The notes under the pieces were generated by a model, which did not search any database, had not been told where the DNA came from, and saw only the letters and a program-made list of their open reading frames with translations. From Candidatus Heimdallarchaeota archaeon (lineage in GTDB: Archaea > Asgardarchaeota > Heimdallarchaeia > Heimdallarchaeales > Heimdallarchaeaceae), in assembly GCA_030603365.1 (NCBI GenBank), contig JAUVXV010000002.1:352001-416000 (forward strand): 64,000 nt of DNA. Reading direction: 5' to 3'. This document shows positions 19,936 through 28,881 of the stretch, piece after piece. Made by a program: the position numbers and the translations under genes. Position 1 is the stretch's first letter; each line of letters opens with the position of its first letter.

Positions 19936-21084
19936 TTGATGAGGGCATTTTTAGGAAGAGATATTTTGACAGTTTGGCAACAGGTTGAACTTAAAGACCG
20001 CCTAGTTCATTATAGAGAAATATTCCAGAGTAAAAGAATTCCTAGATATAAACTCGCAAGATTATTTTTCGTACCTTTTGATGCATACAAGGATAAAGAT
20101 GAACTGCTAAAAAAACATGAACATCATCATCTGAAATTTAAGAAATGGGTGGAAGAGAATCAGACTGTTCCTTTGGAAGAATTAGAAAAAAAAGTTTATT
20201 CTCAATACAAAGAGGAAGAACTGGAGAAGAATAATTATCTGAAACTCAAATCTGTCTTGTTGAATAATATTCTCTCTGCATGTGAATACTGCGAGAATGA
20301 GTGTAAAACAAATCGTTCAGAAGGGAAAGTAGGAAAATGTGGAGTGAATGATGAAGCTCATATAAGTTCAGCATTTATACATATGGGGGAAGAGAGCCCA
20401 ATAGTGCCTAGTGGAACAATCTTTTTTTATGGATGTACTATGGAGTGCCAATTTTGTCAGAATTGGGATATTAGTCATGAATTTAATTTAGAAAGATTCA
20501 AGGGAAGAGGCACATCAGCTGTTCAATTAGCTAACATGTTCTACTCTTTAGTAAAACAAAATGCACGTAATATAAACTTTGTAGGAGGAGAACCTACCCC
20601 TAATCTTCATATTATCTTTGAATCTCTTTTAATCGCTCAAGTAAATGTGCCTATGTTATGGAACAGTAATATGTATTTGACTGAAACAAGTATGAAAATC
20701 ATTTCCGATATATTTGATATATGGTTACCAGATATGAAGTATAGTAACAATGAGTGTGGAAATAAATATTCAAAAGCTCCAAAATATTGGGATGCCTTAA
20801 AACGGAATATGAAGATGATCGAAGAGAGAGGAAGTGGAGAATATATAATTAGACATCTTGTTATGCCAAATCATACAAAATGCTGTTCTATACCAATCTT
20901 AGACTGGGTTAATGAACATCTGAAAACACCTTTAATCAACATCATGGCTCAATATCATCCTGATTATAAAGTTCTTCAAACCAATAGGTTTCCTGAAATA
21001 AGTAGAAGAGTCTCCACTAATGAAATGCATGAAGTGAAAAGCTATGCAGATAAATTGGGAATTTATTGGAAAAGTGTCTCTTAA
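19936..21084 (+). CDS. PflX-like radical SAM protein
   Basis: CEYCENEC, HMGEESPIVPSGTIFFYGCTMECQFCQN, GGEPTP, DMKY, IRHLVMPNH, MAQYHP. Confidence 0.85.
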   Translation: MMRAFLGRDILTVWQQVELKDRLVHYREIFQSKRIPRYKLARLFFVPFDAYKDKDELLKKHEHHHLKFKKWVEENQTVPLEELEKKVYSQYKEEELEKNNYLKLKSVLLNNILSACEYCENECKTNRSEGKVGKCGVNDEAHISSAFIHMGEESPIVPSGTIFFYGCTMECQFCQNWDISHEFNLERFKGRGTSAVQLANMFYSLVKQNARNINFVGGEPTPNLHIIFESLLIAQVNVPMLWNSNMYLTETSMKIISDIFDIWLPDMKYSNNECGNKYSKAPKYWDALKRNMKMIEERGSGEYIIRHLVMPNHTKCCSIPILDWVNEHLKTPLINIMAQYHPDYKVLQTNRFPEISRRVSTNEMHEVKSYADKLGIYWKSVS

Positions 21085-21097
21085 AGACCTGCACTAA

Positions 21098-21586
21098 TTA
21101 CTTAATACTCATTTCCCAAAGAAGTCTAGTAGTTGTGGATCTTTCCCATTTATTTAATGCACTTCTCGCTGCTATTGTCTCTGAAAGAAATTTATGCTGG
21201 AAATCAGCAATAAAATCTATTAGTTTGTCAATTTCTGTTACTTTCTCAAGTAATGCTTCAGAAACATAGAAAGTTATAGAAAAACCAGGTTCTGCTTCCT
21301 TTTGTACAATCCCTGTTGCTTCCGCAAGAGCAAAACTTAATCGCTTTAGCAACATATCATCAAAAGGATCTCTCATTTCAAGTATCAATGAAATTAAACT
21401 TGAATTCCTAGTCTTTTCAATGAATCCATTTTTCAAAGGAAATTGTTTCAAATCCATTTCTCTACAATCTTTACAAACTACACAAGGATAGTTAATCTCT
21501 TTATGTGGGCAAATATAACGTTCTAATTTTAGTGCCTGTCTTATCTTCTCCTTATCTTCATAAAATTCATTTGAATCAGAACTCAT
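21098..21586 (-). CDS. Hypothetical protein with an N-terminal Cys/His cluster
   Basis: CPH...CVVCKDC. Confidence 0.6.
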   Translation of the reverse strand: MSSDSNEFYEDKEKIRQALKLERYICPHKEINYPCVVCKDCREMDLKQFPLKNGFIEKTRNSSLISLILEMRDPFDDMLLKRLSFALAEATGIVQKEAEPGFSITFYVSEALLEKVTEIDKLIDFIADFQHKFLSETIAARSALNKWERSTTTRLLWEMSIK

Positions 21587-21658
21587 TAATTAACACTAAC
21601 TTGTTATGTTTTTAATATTTCTTTTGTCCTACTCAAAAATAAAAGCAATTTCAGTAGT

Positions 21659-22114
21659 TCAAATTTCAAATACATCAGCATCTTCAACATCTATTTCTAA
21701 AGATGAATTTCTCGAATTTTTATAGGTAAAAGCAGAAATGATTGATGAAATTGTCTCTTTAAGTTTCCAGAAATATTTGTAACTTTCCACAGGTTTCTTT
21801 TCAAAGAGTGCTAAAGCATCTTTAGAGTTCATTACAGTTTCATTTAGAATGCTAGTAGCTTTGGTCTTTATTCCAGTTCCTTGTAAATTTTCTAAGAAAG
21901 TTTTTTGCCATCTCTCTGTTTTATCTTCTTTTTCCAGTATCATTTTAAATTTAATTATCAGCATTTCTAAATCTGCTCTAAATTGCCATAGTGTGTCTCC
22001 AATTTTATTAGTAGTGGTTTTAGAAATCTCTGAAGTGATTTTGTCCAATGAATTGCAAATTTGTTGGATTTCTTTCTTCAGTTCTTCCTTATTTGGTACT
22101 GGAATTACTTGCAT
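21659..22114 (-). CDS. Hypothetical helical protein
   Basis: 151-aa ORF divergent from the SufS-like gene; no motif. Confidence 0.6.
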   Translation of the reverse strand: MQVIPVPNKEELKKEIQQICNSLDKITSEISKTTTNKIGDTLWQFRADLEMLIIKFKMILEKEDKTERWQKTFLENLQGTGIKTKATSILNETVMNSKDALALFEKKPVESYKYFWKLKETISSIISAFTYKNSRNSSLEIDVEDADVFEI

Positions 22115-22180
22115 CTTGTGAAGTAGAAATGCTATTCTTTAAAAAAATGGTGTTCGGAAACAAAGTTTAAATCAAAGAAT

Positions 22181-23386
22181 TTGTTATCTCTCCTAATGTC
22201 TTTTAGGAAAAGCTTTGGCTTAGATTTTCATTTCCCTGAAACTGAAATTTACCTAGATTCCGCTACTTCGGGAAAGATGCCTGTTTCTTCAGTTGAAGTT
22301 ATGAGTAACTATTATACTGAATTAGGAGGAGGAATTAATAGAGGCACTCATAAAAAAGCTGTAAATGCTAATAGAAAACTAGAACAATCACGTTCTACAG
22401 TAGCAAACATTTTCTCAGTAAATTCCAACAATGTTTCTTTTCTTCCCTCTCGAGAAACTGCTTTGATGAACTTTCTTCTATCTGGCATTTTTTCAAAAGA
22501 TAATGAAATAATAGTTAGTTCTTTAGATGATCATTCCATACTTGCACCAGTTTTAAAACTAAGAACAGTATACGATGTGCGTTTAAACTTTCTAAACCTA
22601 CAAGACGAATCAAATCTAGTTGAAGTCATAGAAGAGAGAATTACAGCAGAAACTAAAGCGATAGTTCTTTCAGTTATGACCCTGGGAATGGGAATTAAAC
22701 GAAATTGGAGAAAGATTACAAAAATCGCTCAGGATGCAGAAATACCTTTAGTTCTAGATATAAGCAATGCTATAGGTCATATGGAATTTAATTTCAAGGA
22801 TATAACTCCAGATATCGTAGTTTCTTCTGGAAATATCGGTGCGTTAGGTCCCCAAGGTACTGCTTTTCAAATTGTAACAGAGGACATGATGAAGAAATTT
22901 GATCCCATCTTAGTTGGAGGAGGAACAGTTATGTCTCTAGATAGATCTACCTATAAATTAGCTTCTGGCATTAACAAATATGAACCAGGGACTCTCAACA
23001 TAAGTGGAATTGCAGGATTAGCTAATAGTTTACAATCTTTATCTGAGATAGGTTTTGAAAGGATTACTAAACACGAAATCGAGCTACGAGCAATGCTTGA
23101 AGATGGGTTAAGAAAGACTAACAAATTGAACCTCATCGAACATCAAGGGTTAAATTATGGCCCAATACTCTCGTTTATGAGTGATGAGATAGATTCTCAT
23201 GACATTGCTATCATTCTCGAAGATTTGGGAGATATCTATGTAAGAAGTGGGGCATTATGTTCACATTTGTTCATGGAAGAACTACAAAAAGAATCTCTTG
23301 TTCAGGTTTCTACACATCTTTATAACACTAAAGAGGATATAGAAATTTTCTTAGAAACCTTAAACTCCATAATGTCTGAAATTTAG
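22181..23386 (+). CDS. SufS/CsdA-like class V aminotransferase-fold protein A, PLP-binding Lys replaced by Ile
   Basis: YLDSATSG, INRGTH, SGNIGALGPQG (canonical SGHKGxxGPxG), YEPGTLN, RSGALCSH, HLYNT. Confidence 0.85.
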   Translation: MLSLLMSFRKSFGLDFHFPETEIYLDSATSGKMPVSSVEVMSNYYTELGGGINRGTHKKAVNANRKLEQSRSTVANIFSVNSNNVSFLPSRETALMNFLLSGIFSKDNEIIVSSLDDHSILAPVLKLRTVYDVRLNFLNLQDESNLVEVIEERITAETKAIVLSVMTLGMGIKRNWRKITKIAQDAEIPLVLDISNAIGHMEFNFKDITPDIVVSSGNIGALGPQGTAFQIVTEDMMKKFDPILVGGGTVMSLDRSTYKLASGINKYEPGTLNISGIAGLANSLQSLSEIGFERITKHEIELRAMLEDGLRKTNKLNLIEHQGLNYGPILSFMSDEIDSHDIAIILEDLGDIYVRSGALCSHLFMEELQKESLVQVSTHLYNTKEDIEIFLETLNSIMSEI

Positions 23387-23503
23387 AATTAGTGGGTATC
23401 CATTTATTAGTTACTTTTACTTTCTTTCATTGTTTGAATCACATTCAAGAATATCTTTTGCTAGTTTAAATACCAAACTGCGTATAATAATTCCAGAGAG
23501 TAG

Positions 23504-25711
23504 TTGGTGGAATTTATCTCAACTGAAACTATCACTCGTACATTTCATTTAAATTCAATTGAAACAGAAGAGATATTTTGTTATAGAGTATTTGGAGATT
23601 TTAAATCTGCAGTAAATACTCTAATAAAAGGAGGAATAAACCTCAACAACGAAATTTTCAGAGAAGAGAGTTTAGTTTCAGTAAAGCGGTTCTATTCACT
23701 ATTAAGAAAAAATTCATGTATAAGTGCTAAATTGAGCAAGCTTGAAATTAAAGAACGTTTATTGAGATGTGCTGCTCAGTATGCATATTTTTCTATTCGT
23801 AACCTAAAACAAACAAGAAATTTGTGCAGTGAGATTGCACAAGTAATGAGTGAAGATTCTTCTTGGAATAAATTTCGCAGAGATTCTTGGTTCTTATGGG
23901 ATTTATCTAAAAAATCAAAAAAAAGAAGAGATAATTTGAATGTAAAATTATTAAATCAGATTAAGAACAAACATAATTCTATATATCCTGAACAAAACAG
24001 AATGTGCAATGCACACTTGATAAATAATTATTTCAGACACATTCGAAAAATTATTCTTAGTAATCTTCAAAGGAAGGATATCAAAATCAATATTGATTCA
24101 GAATATTGTATTAAAACAATTCGAGAACATTACAGTTCTGAATACATAGATACTCTGATTAGTAAGTTTAAAACTCAAATTTCAACTTTATTAACTAGAC
24201 AATTCAAGAAATACAAAAAGAATGAAATTTCTGAAAAATCAGATGGAAACAAACAATCAAACGTTCCAGTTTTAAAAACTATTTACTCAATATGTAAAAC
24301 TAAAAAGATTCATAATGTTGAAATTGAAGAATGGAAACTAAAAAAAGAGTTATGGTTGATTAGATATATCGACGAAATTAGAGATTTCTTTAAATCTGAA
24401 TGTGTTAATCAAGAAATTAACAGAGGGATAAAAAGATTACAGGAAAAACCAACAGTGTATTTCCTAGCAATGTTTTTAGAGAAAAAGATTTTCAAATTGA
24501 GAAGAAAAATTCAAGGAGAACCAGTTAGAGATTTCTATTTCTTTCTATCACAAATAATAGATTATCATCTCACTCATCTTATACTCGAAACACAACAGAT
24601 GGTTATTTTACCTAAAATACGCATGATTCTCCTTGATTTCATTCTAAAGCCACTATCTTATCTCAAAATGCCAATCTTTACAAAATCAGTAATCCCTTTA
24701 GGAATCGATGACAATCAAGTTTATACATTGGAAGAGTTACAAAGTGAAGTAAAAATCACTTTGTCCTTTTATCCAAATCAGAAAAAACATTTCAAATTAT
24801 CATCACCAGAAAGATATTTCGAATTAACTATGAATAATGCAAAACCTGCACGAGGAATTCTTTCAGCTCATGGTGGCAAGCTTCAACTTGCTATTCCGTT
24901 TACTAGACGTTTACCAGAGTTATCAAAGATAAAACCTCTTGAAAAACAAAGAATTCTAAATTGTGATCTTGGATTGAAATCTTTTGCTGTTTTGAGTATT
25001 ACAGAAAATGGTTTTGAAACACATAGAAAATTCTTGGATCAAAAACAACTAACGGGTTCAAAAAATTCATGGTTCCTAGCAAAATCATTTAGAAATAAAA
25101 ACACAAAAACACGAGAAAAACCAACTATAAATTATAAATTCAATCTTATGAAACTCCGTAAAAAAATAAATAATTTACAATCAGAACTGAAAATGATGAA
25201 AGAAGAGACGAAAAGAAGAAGATCTAAGAACAAGAATTATCCTAAGTATAAAAATACCAAACTGTACTGGTATAAAAAAAGAGAATTGAAGTCTTACTGG
25301 AACAGAATTAGGAATATTCACAAAGAATTGATACATCAAATTTCTACAAGAATAGTTGAATATGCCAACTATCATCAAGTAGATACTATACGCTTTGAAG
25401 ATCTTCGTTGGACTCAACATTCAGCTAAACATGAAGTTGGTTATTTTCTCTCTTTCTGGCAAGTACATTGGTTTTTCAGCCAGATAATAGAATACACATC
25501 ACAAATTGCTAGAAGATATATGATTAGGTCTGTTCTAACTAATCCATATAAAAGCTCACAAATTTGCTCTACTTGTGAAAAGGAAGGAAAAAGACAAAGA
25601 AAGATATTCATGTGCTCAAATGAACTGTGTGGACTAATACTTGACAGTGATTTAAATGCTGCTCGAAACTTAGGTAAAAAATCACGCAAATGTTATCCTA
25701 TTCGACTATAA
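23504..25711 (+). CDS. Large (735 aa) TnpB/Cas12-like RuvC nuclease with C-terminal zinc ribbon
   Basis: RuvC-I NCDLGLK (D488), RuvC-II IRFEDL (E632), SSQICSTC...FMCSNELC, RuvC-III DSDLNAARNL (D716); Lys/Arg-rich; long uncharacterised N-terminal half. Confidence 0.85.
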   Translation: MVEFISTETITRTFHLNSIETEEIFCYRVFGDFKSAVNTLIKGGINLNNEIFREESLVSVKRFYSLLRKNSCISAKLSKLEIKERLLRCAAQYAYFSIRNLKQTRNLCSEIAQVMSEDSSWNKFRRDSWFLWDLSKKSKKRRDNLNVKLLNQIKNKHNSIYPEQNRMCNAHLINNYFRHIRKIILSNLQRKDIKINIDSEYCIKTIREHYSSEYIDTLISKFKTQISTLLTRQFKKYKKNEISEKSDGNKQSNVPVLKTIYSICKTKKIHNVEIEEWKLKKELWLIRYIDEIRDFFKSECVNQEINRGIKRLQEKPTVYFLAMFLEKKIFKLRRKIQGEPVRDFYFFLSQIIDYHLTHLILETQQMVILPKIRMILLDFILKPLSYLKMPIFTKSVIPLGIDDNQVYTLEELQSEVKITLSFYPNQKKHFKLSSPERYFELTMNNAKPARGILSAHGGKLQLAIPFTRRLPELSKIKPLEKQRILNCDLGLKSFAVLSITENGFETHRKFLDQKQLTGSKNSWFLAKSFRNKNTKTREKPTINYKFNLMKLRKKINNLQSELKMMKEETKRRRSKNKNYPKYKNTKLYWYKKRELKSYWNRIRNIHKELIHQISTRIVEYANYHQVDTIRFEDLRWTQHSAKHEVGYFLSFWQVHWFFSQIIEYTSQIARRYMIRSVLTNPYKSSQICSTCEKEGKRQRKIFMCSNELCGLILDSDLNAARNLGKKSRKCYPIRL

Positions 25712-25838
25712 GTTAAATAGGAGGGGTTTCCGTTTAATCCCAAATTAAGTTGCTCAGAAGAGCAACTTTGAAAATTCGGTCACTTAAGCTTCTTTCTGGC
25801 ATAGCTTCAAGCTTCACCAAATGCCTTTCGATCATTCC
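25696..25838 (+). ncRNA. Putative omega-RNA/right-end RNA of the TnpB-like gene
   Basis: Consecutive hairpins 25696-25722, 25723-25741, 25747-25768 (perfect 9-bp stem) and 25786-25807, then TTCAA/TTCAC resembling IS200/605 right ends. Confidence 0.45.
25819..25838 (+). repeat. 20-nt repeat, copy A
   Basis: aaatgcctttcgatcattcc versus aagtgccttccgatcattcc at 28862..28881 (18/20). Confidence 0.75.
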
Positions 25839-25947
25839 GTATATATTGGTTGTACAATTGTATATACAAAAGTTTCTATATCTGAAGAATGCAATAACAT
25901 TGATATTCTCAGGTTATTTTTTTCCAAAGATTAAGAAAAGATTATTC

Positions 25948-26184
25948 TTATTGTATATATTCTGTTTCTTCTTTTTCTAGAAGTAGATAAATTCTATCAA
26001 AGTTTATTTGTTCTGCAGCTGCACTTCTTTCTGTATTTTTTGTTATCTTCCAATCCTTGATTGTATATCCTTCTGGAAGTTTATCAAATGCATCTTTTAT
26101 AGCCTTATCAAGTATTTCAATTCCTTCTGAAGTAAATATCGCTGTATTTACATCTAAATATTTCAGTTCATATCTCGATCCCAT
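25948..26184 (-). CDS. Small hypothetical protein
   Basis: 78-aa ATG ORF with protein-like composition. Confidence 0.6.
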   Translation of the reverse strand: MGSRYELKYLDVNTAIFTSEGIEILDKAIKDAFDKLPEGYTIKDWKITKNTERSAAAEQINFDRIYLLLEKEETEYIQ

Positions 26185-26415
26185 TCAAATCAATGTAAAA
26201 CAACATAATTTCTTTAAATACTTTTTGAACAACCATTTCTTCCCAAAAAATTTCTATTGTTTGTATACTTTCTATCATTTATCTTTTTTTATTTCTATGA
26301 TTTCCTTTCTTAATTCAAGTACTTCTTCATATATTGACAACTTCATTAGCTCCACAACTTACTCTACAAAGAAAACCCTTCGTAGGTGGATATTTAAGAA
26401 TTGTTGACAAAGAAG

Positions 26416-26452
26416 TGTAATACGTCCTGTAATACACGTTCTATGCATTACA
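26416..26452. promoter_or_regulatory. Operator-like TGTAATRC repeats
   Basis: tgtaatac at 26416 and 26428, inverted gcattaca at 26445, just upstream of a TATA-like element (tatttaag) and ORF 26490. Confidence 0.4.
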
Positions 26453-26489
26453 AAGGTATTTAAGATAAAAAAACTAATTATTATTTGAC

Positions 26490-26744
26490 ATGGCTAAAAA
26501 ATACAGAATTAGTGAAAAAATAAGAAAAAAGATGAGAAAGGACAAATCCTCACTCTTTCCCTTACCTTTGAAAAAGAAGGTCGAAGTAGCTTTGTGTTAC
26601 AGATGTAATAGAAACAAATCTACTAAATTGTGCCTTAATTGTAGAAAACCTATTTGTAATCCTTGTGAAACAAAAAATCCTAAAGGTTATTGCGTTCCTT
26701 GTAGAAATGAAAAATTCGGTTTTGTATCATTTACTTTTGAATAA
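26490..26744 (+). CDS. Small basic zinc-finger protein (B-box-like, 8 Cys)
   Basis: CYRC-x8-CLNCRKPICNPC-x8-CVPC. Confidence 0.7.
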   Translation: MAKKYRISEKIRKKMRKDKSSLFPLPLKKKVEVALCYRCNRNKSTKLCLNCRKPICNPCETKNPKGYCVPCRNEKFGFVSFTFE

Positions 26745-26797
26745 AGATTTGATGAATTGTTCCGCGTAGAGATAATTCAAATAGTTCTATATTATGT

Positions 26798-27007
26798 TTA
26801 TATTTTCTTATTTCTTGATCTACGCTCTATGATGATAAGTAACAGACCTATTGCAAGAAATCCAATTGCTGCAGGTTGAATCCACATTGCCATCGATCCT
26901 CCTGAAAAATCTTTTACAAACCAAATTATAGTAAAAACTATACCGATGATTAAAACTATCGGACCAATCAAAATTCTAAAAGTTATTTTTTCTAATAAAC
27001 TCATCAC
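26798..27007 (-). CDS. Small two-TM membrane protein
   Basis: Two hydrophobic helices, basic tail, strong SD-like ggaggtaa upstream on the minus strand. Confidence 0.65.
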   Translation of the reverse strand: MMSLLEKITFRILIGPIVLIIGIVFTIIWFVKDFSGGSMAMWIQPAAIGFLAIGLLLIIIERRSRNKKI

Positions 27008-27185
27008 GATTTACCTCCCTCCATTCTGTGAGAGAGTACAGGATTTTTCTCACATTTTTAAAAAGTAACCGATTATCTGTAGTAAAACTATTTTCTTTTT
27101 TTACCATTTTACGACCAAACCGAAATCTAAACAATTCAGATAAAAACTAAGAATTAACTAACAATCAAAGAAGGATGAGATCTTA

Positions 27186-28475
27186 ATGAATAAAAACATA
27201 GTATATGGAAGCACATTGATAGTTGTTTTTTTAAGTGCAGGAATACTTACTGGTTATTTTATTCCGCAAAATAATCAGGCACAATATGATACACTACTAT
27301 CAGAATTTCAAGATTTGAATGAGGTATATAATGCTCTTTTAGAGGATTACAATACTCTACTAGGGAATTATACTGAAATAAAAGAGAAATGCGATATAAT
27401 AACTGGAGAATACGATTCTTTGAATGAAACCTACTACAACCTGTTAGAAGAGTATACTTTGTTGAATGAAACCTACAATGAATTGTTGGTAGATTATAAT
27501 ACCTTTGTAGAATCTTTCAACACATTGCAGATAGCTTATGATCAACTAAATGATTTATATTCACAACTTCTGATTGATTATGCTGTTTTTGAAAATGAAT
27601 ATAATGCTTTACTCCAGAATTATGATTTGTTGACAGCATGGATCAGAGGAATGACTTTACCTGCTCAGTACATGGTTTTTGCTGAGGCTGTTAGAAGATA
27701 CTACTTTGAAGATTTTTATGTTAAAGATACTTGGGCTACGGGAAATGAAACAGGATATTTTGCAGAATATGCACTATTCAGTCGTGATATAGTTTTGCAC
27801 GATTCTGATTTGTCATTGAAAGGAGAATTATTTGCTGAAGTATCAAATGCTCTTTCTGATTGTTTGATATATGGGAATGAAACTGAAGGCTTAGCTTGGA
27901 TGTGTATGATTGGCGTGTTTTATCCTTGGCTTCCTAATTGGAGTGGATATTATTCGTCTGGAAATGAACTAACTGATATTGATACAATAGTTCAGTGGTG
28001 CATTGATGAGATCGACTACGAATATGATACAACTATAACATATGGACAAGAACTTTATTTTTGGGATTATGTCAAGTTTCCAGTCGAAACAGCTTTCAGA
28101 ACAATGGGGGATTGTGAAGACCAAGCTCTATTCTGTGCAGCTTATCTAGAATCTTGTGGATTTCAAACTGCACTAGCATTATTTCATGATGCTGAAAATC
28201 CTATTAGTCCTGATGGTTTTTATCATGCAACTTTGTTAGTACATATAGAAGACCTAGCAAACTTTCAGTTTTGGCATCCATTTTGTCCTTTGTGGAGTCT
28301 AAGTGACATAGATCCATATGAAGGATATACTTGGGTATGGTTAGATTCTACTTGGGATGTCTCGTTTCCGTCAAAACCTGGATGGATGCAATACTACCTT
28401 GATAATGGAATAAATGATGACGATCTTACAATAGTACTATGTGACTTAAATGGAGCTACTAGCTATGCTCCTTAG
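27186..28475 (+). CDS. Membrane-anchored coiled-coil protein with a transglutaminase-like cysteine protease domain
   Basis: N-terminal TM, heptad repeats (YNxLLxxYxxL), IDYEYD, PVETAFRTMGDCEDQA (Cys), YHA (His), WLDSTW (Asp). Confidence 0.8.
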   Translation: MNKNIVYGSTLIVVFLSAGILTGYFIPQNNQAQYDTLLSEFQDLNEVYNALLEDYNTLLGNYTEIKEKCDIITGEYDSLNETYYNLLEEYTLLNETYNELLVDYNTFVESFNTLQIAYDQLNDLYSQLLIDYAVFENEYNALLQNYDLLTAWIRGMTLPAQYMVFAEAVRRYYFEDFYVKDTWATGNETGYFAEYALFSRDIVLHDSDLSLKGELFAEVSNALSDCLIYGNETEGLAWMCMIGVFYPWLPNWSGYYSSGNELTDIDTIVQWCIDEIDYEYDTTITYGQELYFWDYVKFPVETAFRTMGDCEDQALFCAAYLESCGFQTALALFHDAENPISPDGFYHATLLVHIEDLANFQFWHPFCPLWSLSDIDPYEGYTWVWLDSTWDVSFPSKPGWMQYYLDNGINDDDLTIVLCDLNGATSYAP

Positions 28476-28641
28476 CAATTTTTTTTCCTCTTAATTAATT
28501 ATACTTATACGTAAGCAATCTGCTTACAGAGATTTAAACCTCGAGCAGTAAGAAGTTTGTTTGTGATCTTACATTAGTCGTGGAGAAATGGCTTTAAACT
28601 TATGTTTAATGATTCGTATGGCTTTTTTGTTTCTTATATTA

Positions 28642-28783
28642 TGTCTCACCCCTCACTGTTTTTCAACTGTTTAACCCTGCTTTTTCTGGGAAGATTTTCC
28701 TGCTGATCCAGACCACAGAAAGTTCTTGTGCAGAGGAAAGGAAAGGAAGGGTTGAGACGAGAGAAGAGAGAAGGGGTGATACA
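28642..28783 (+). ncRNA. Unclassified structured RNA candidate (long rod with two apical hairpins)
   Basis: tcacccct/aggggtga, gtttaaccct/agggttgagac, ctttttctg/cagaggaaag, inner ggaa/ttcc and cacagaa/ttcttgtg stems; GC-rich relative to flanks; G-U pairs favour the + strand. Confidence 0.5.
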
Positions 28784-28861
28784 CACTAGTATAGATCTTA
28801 CAGAAATTTCTTTCGTTTCCGAAGATAGATATTTATTAAAGAGTAACCATAAAAAAAATGG

Positions 28862-28881
28862 AAGTGCCTTCCGATCATTCC
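28862..28881 (+). repeat. 20-nt repeat, copy B
   Basis: 18/20 match to 25819..25838; ends about 90 nt upstream of the ATG at 28972. Confidence 0.75.

Noticed and set aside
22529-22537. gatcattcc core inside SufS-like A as a third copy of the 20-nt repeat
   Set aside because: Only 9 nt match, and it is explained by the coding sequence DHS.
26185-26350. Short minus-strand frames (MKLSIYEEVLELRKEIIEIKKDK*) as a frameshifted pseudogene
   Set aside because: Too short, with no recognisable homology.
25750-26407. ORFs 25750..25980 (+) and 26057..26407 (+)
   Set aside because: Phe/Ser-rich shadow ORFs overlapping the hairpin region and the minus-strand gene; unlikely to be coding.
28642-28783. RNase P or SRP RNA identity for the structured RNA
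   Set aside because: GAGGAAAG and ACAGAA words occur in the wrong order for RNase P, and no SRP helix-8 motif could be formed.
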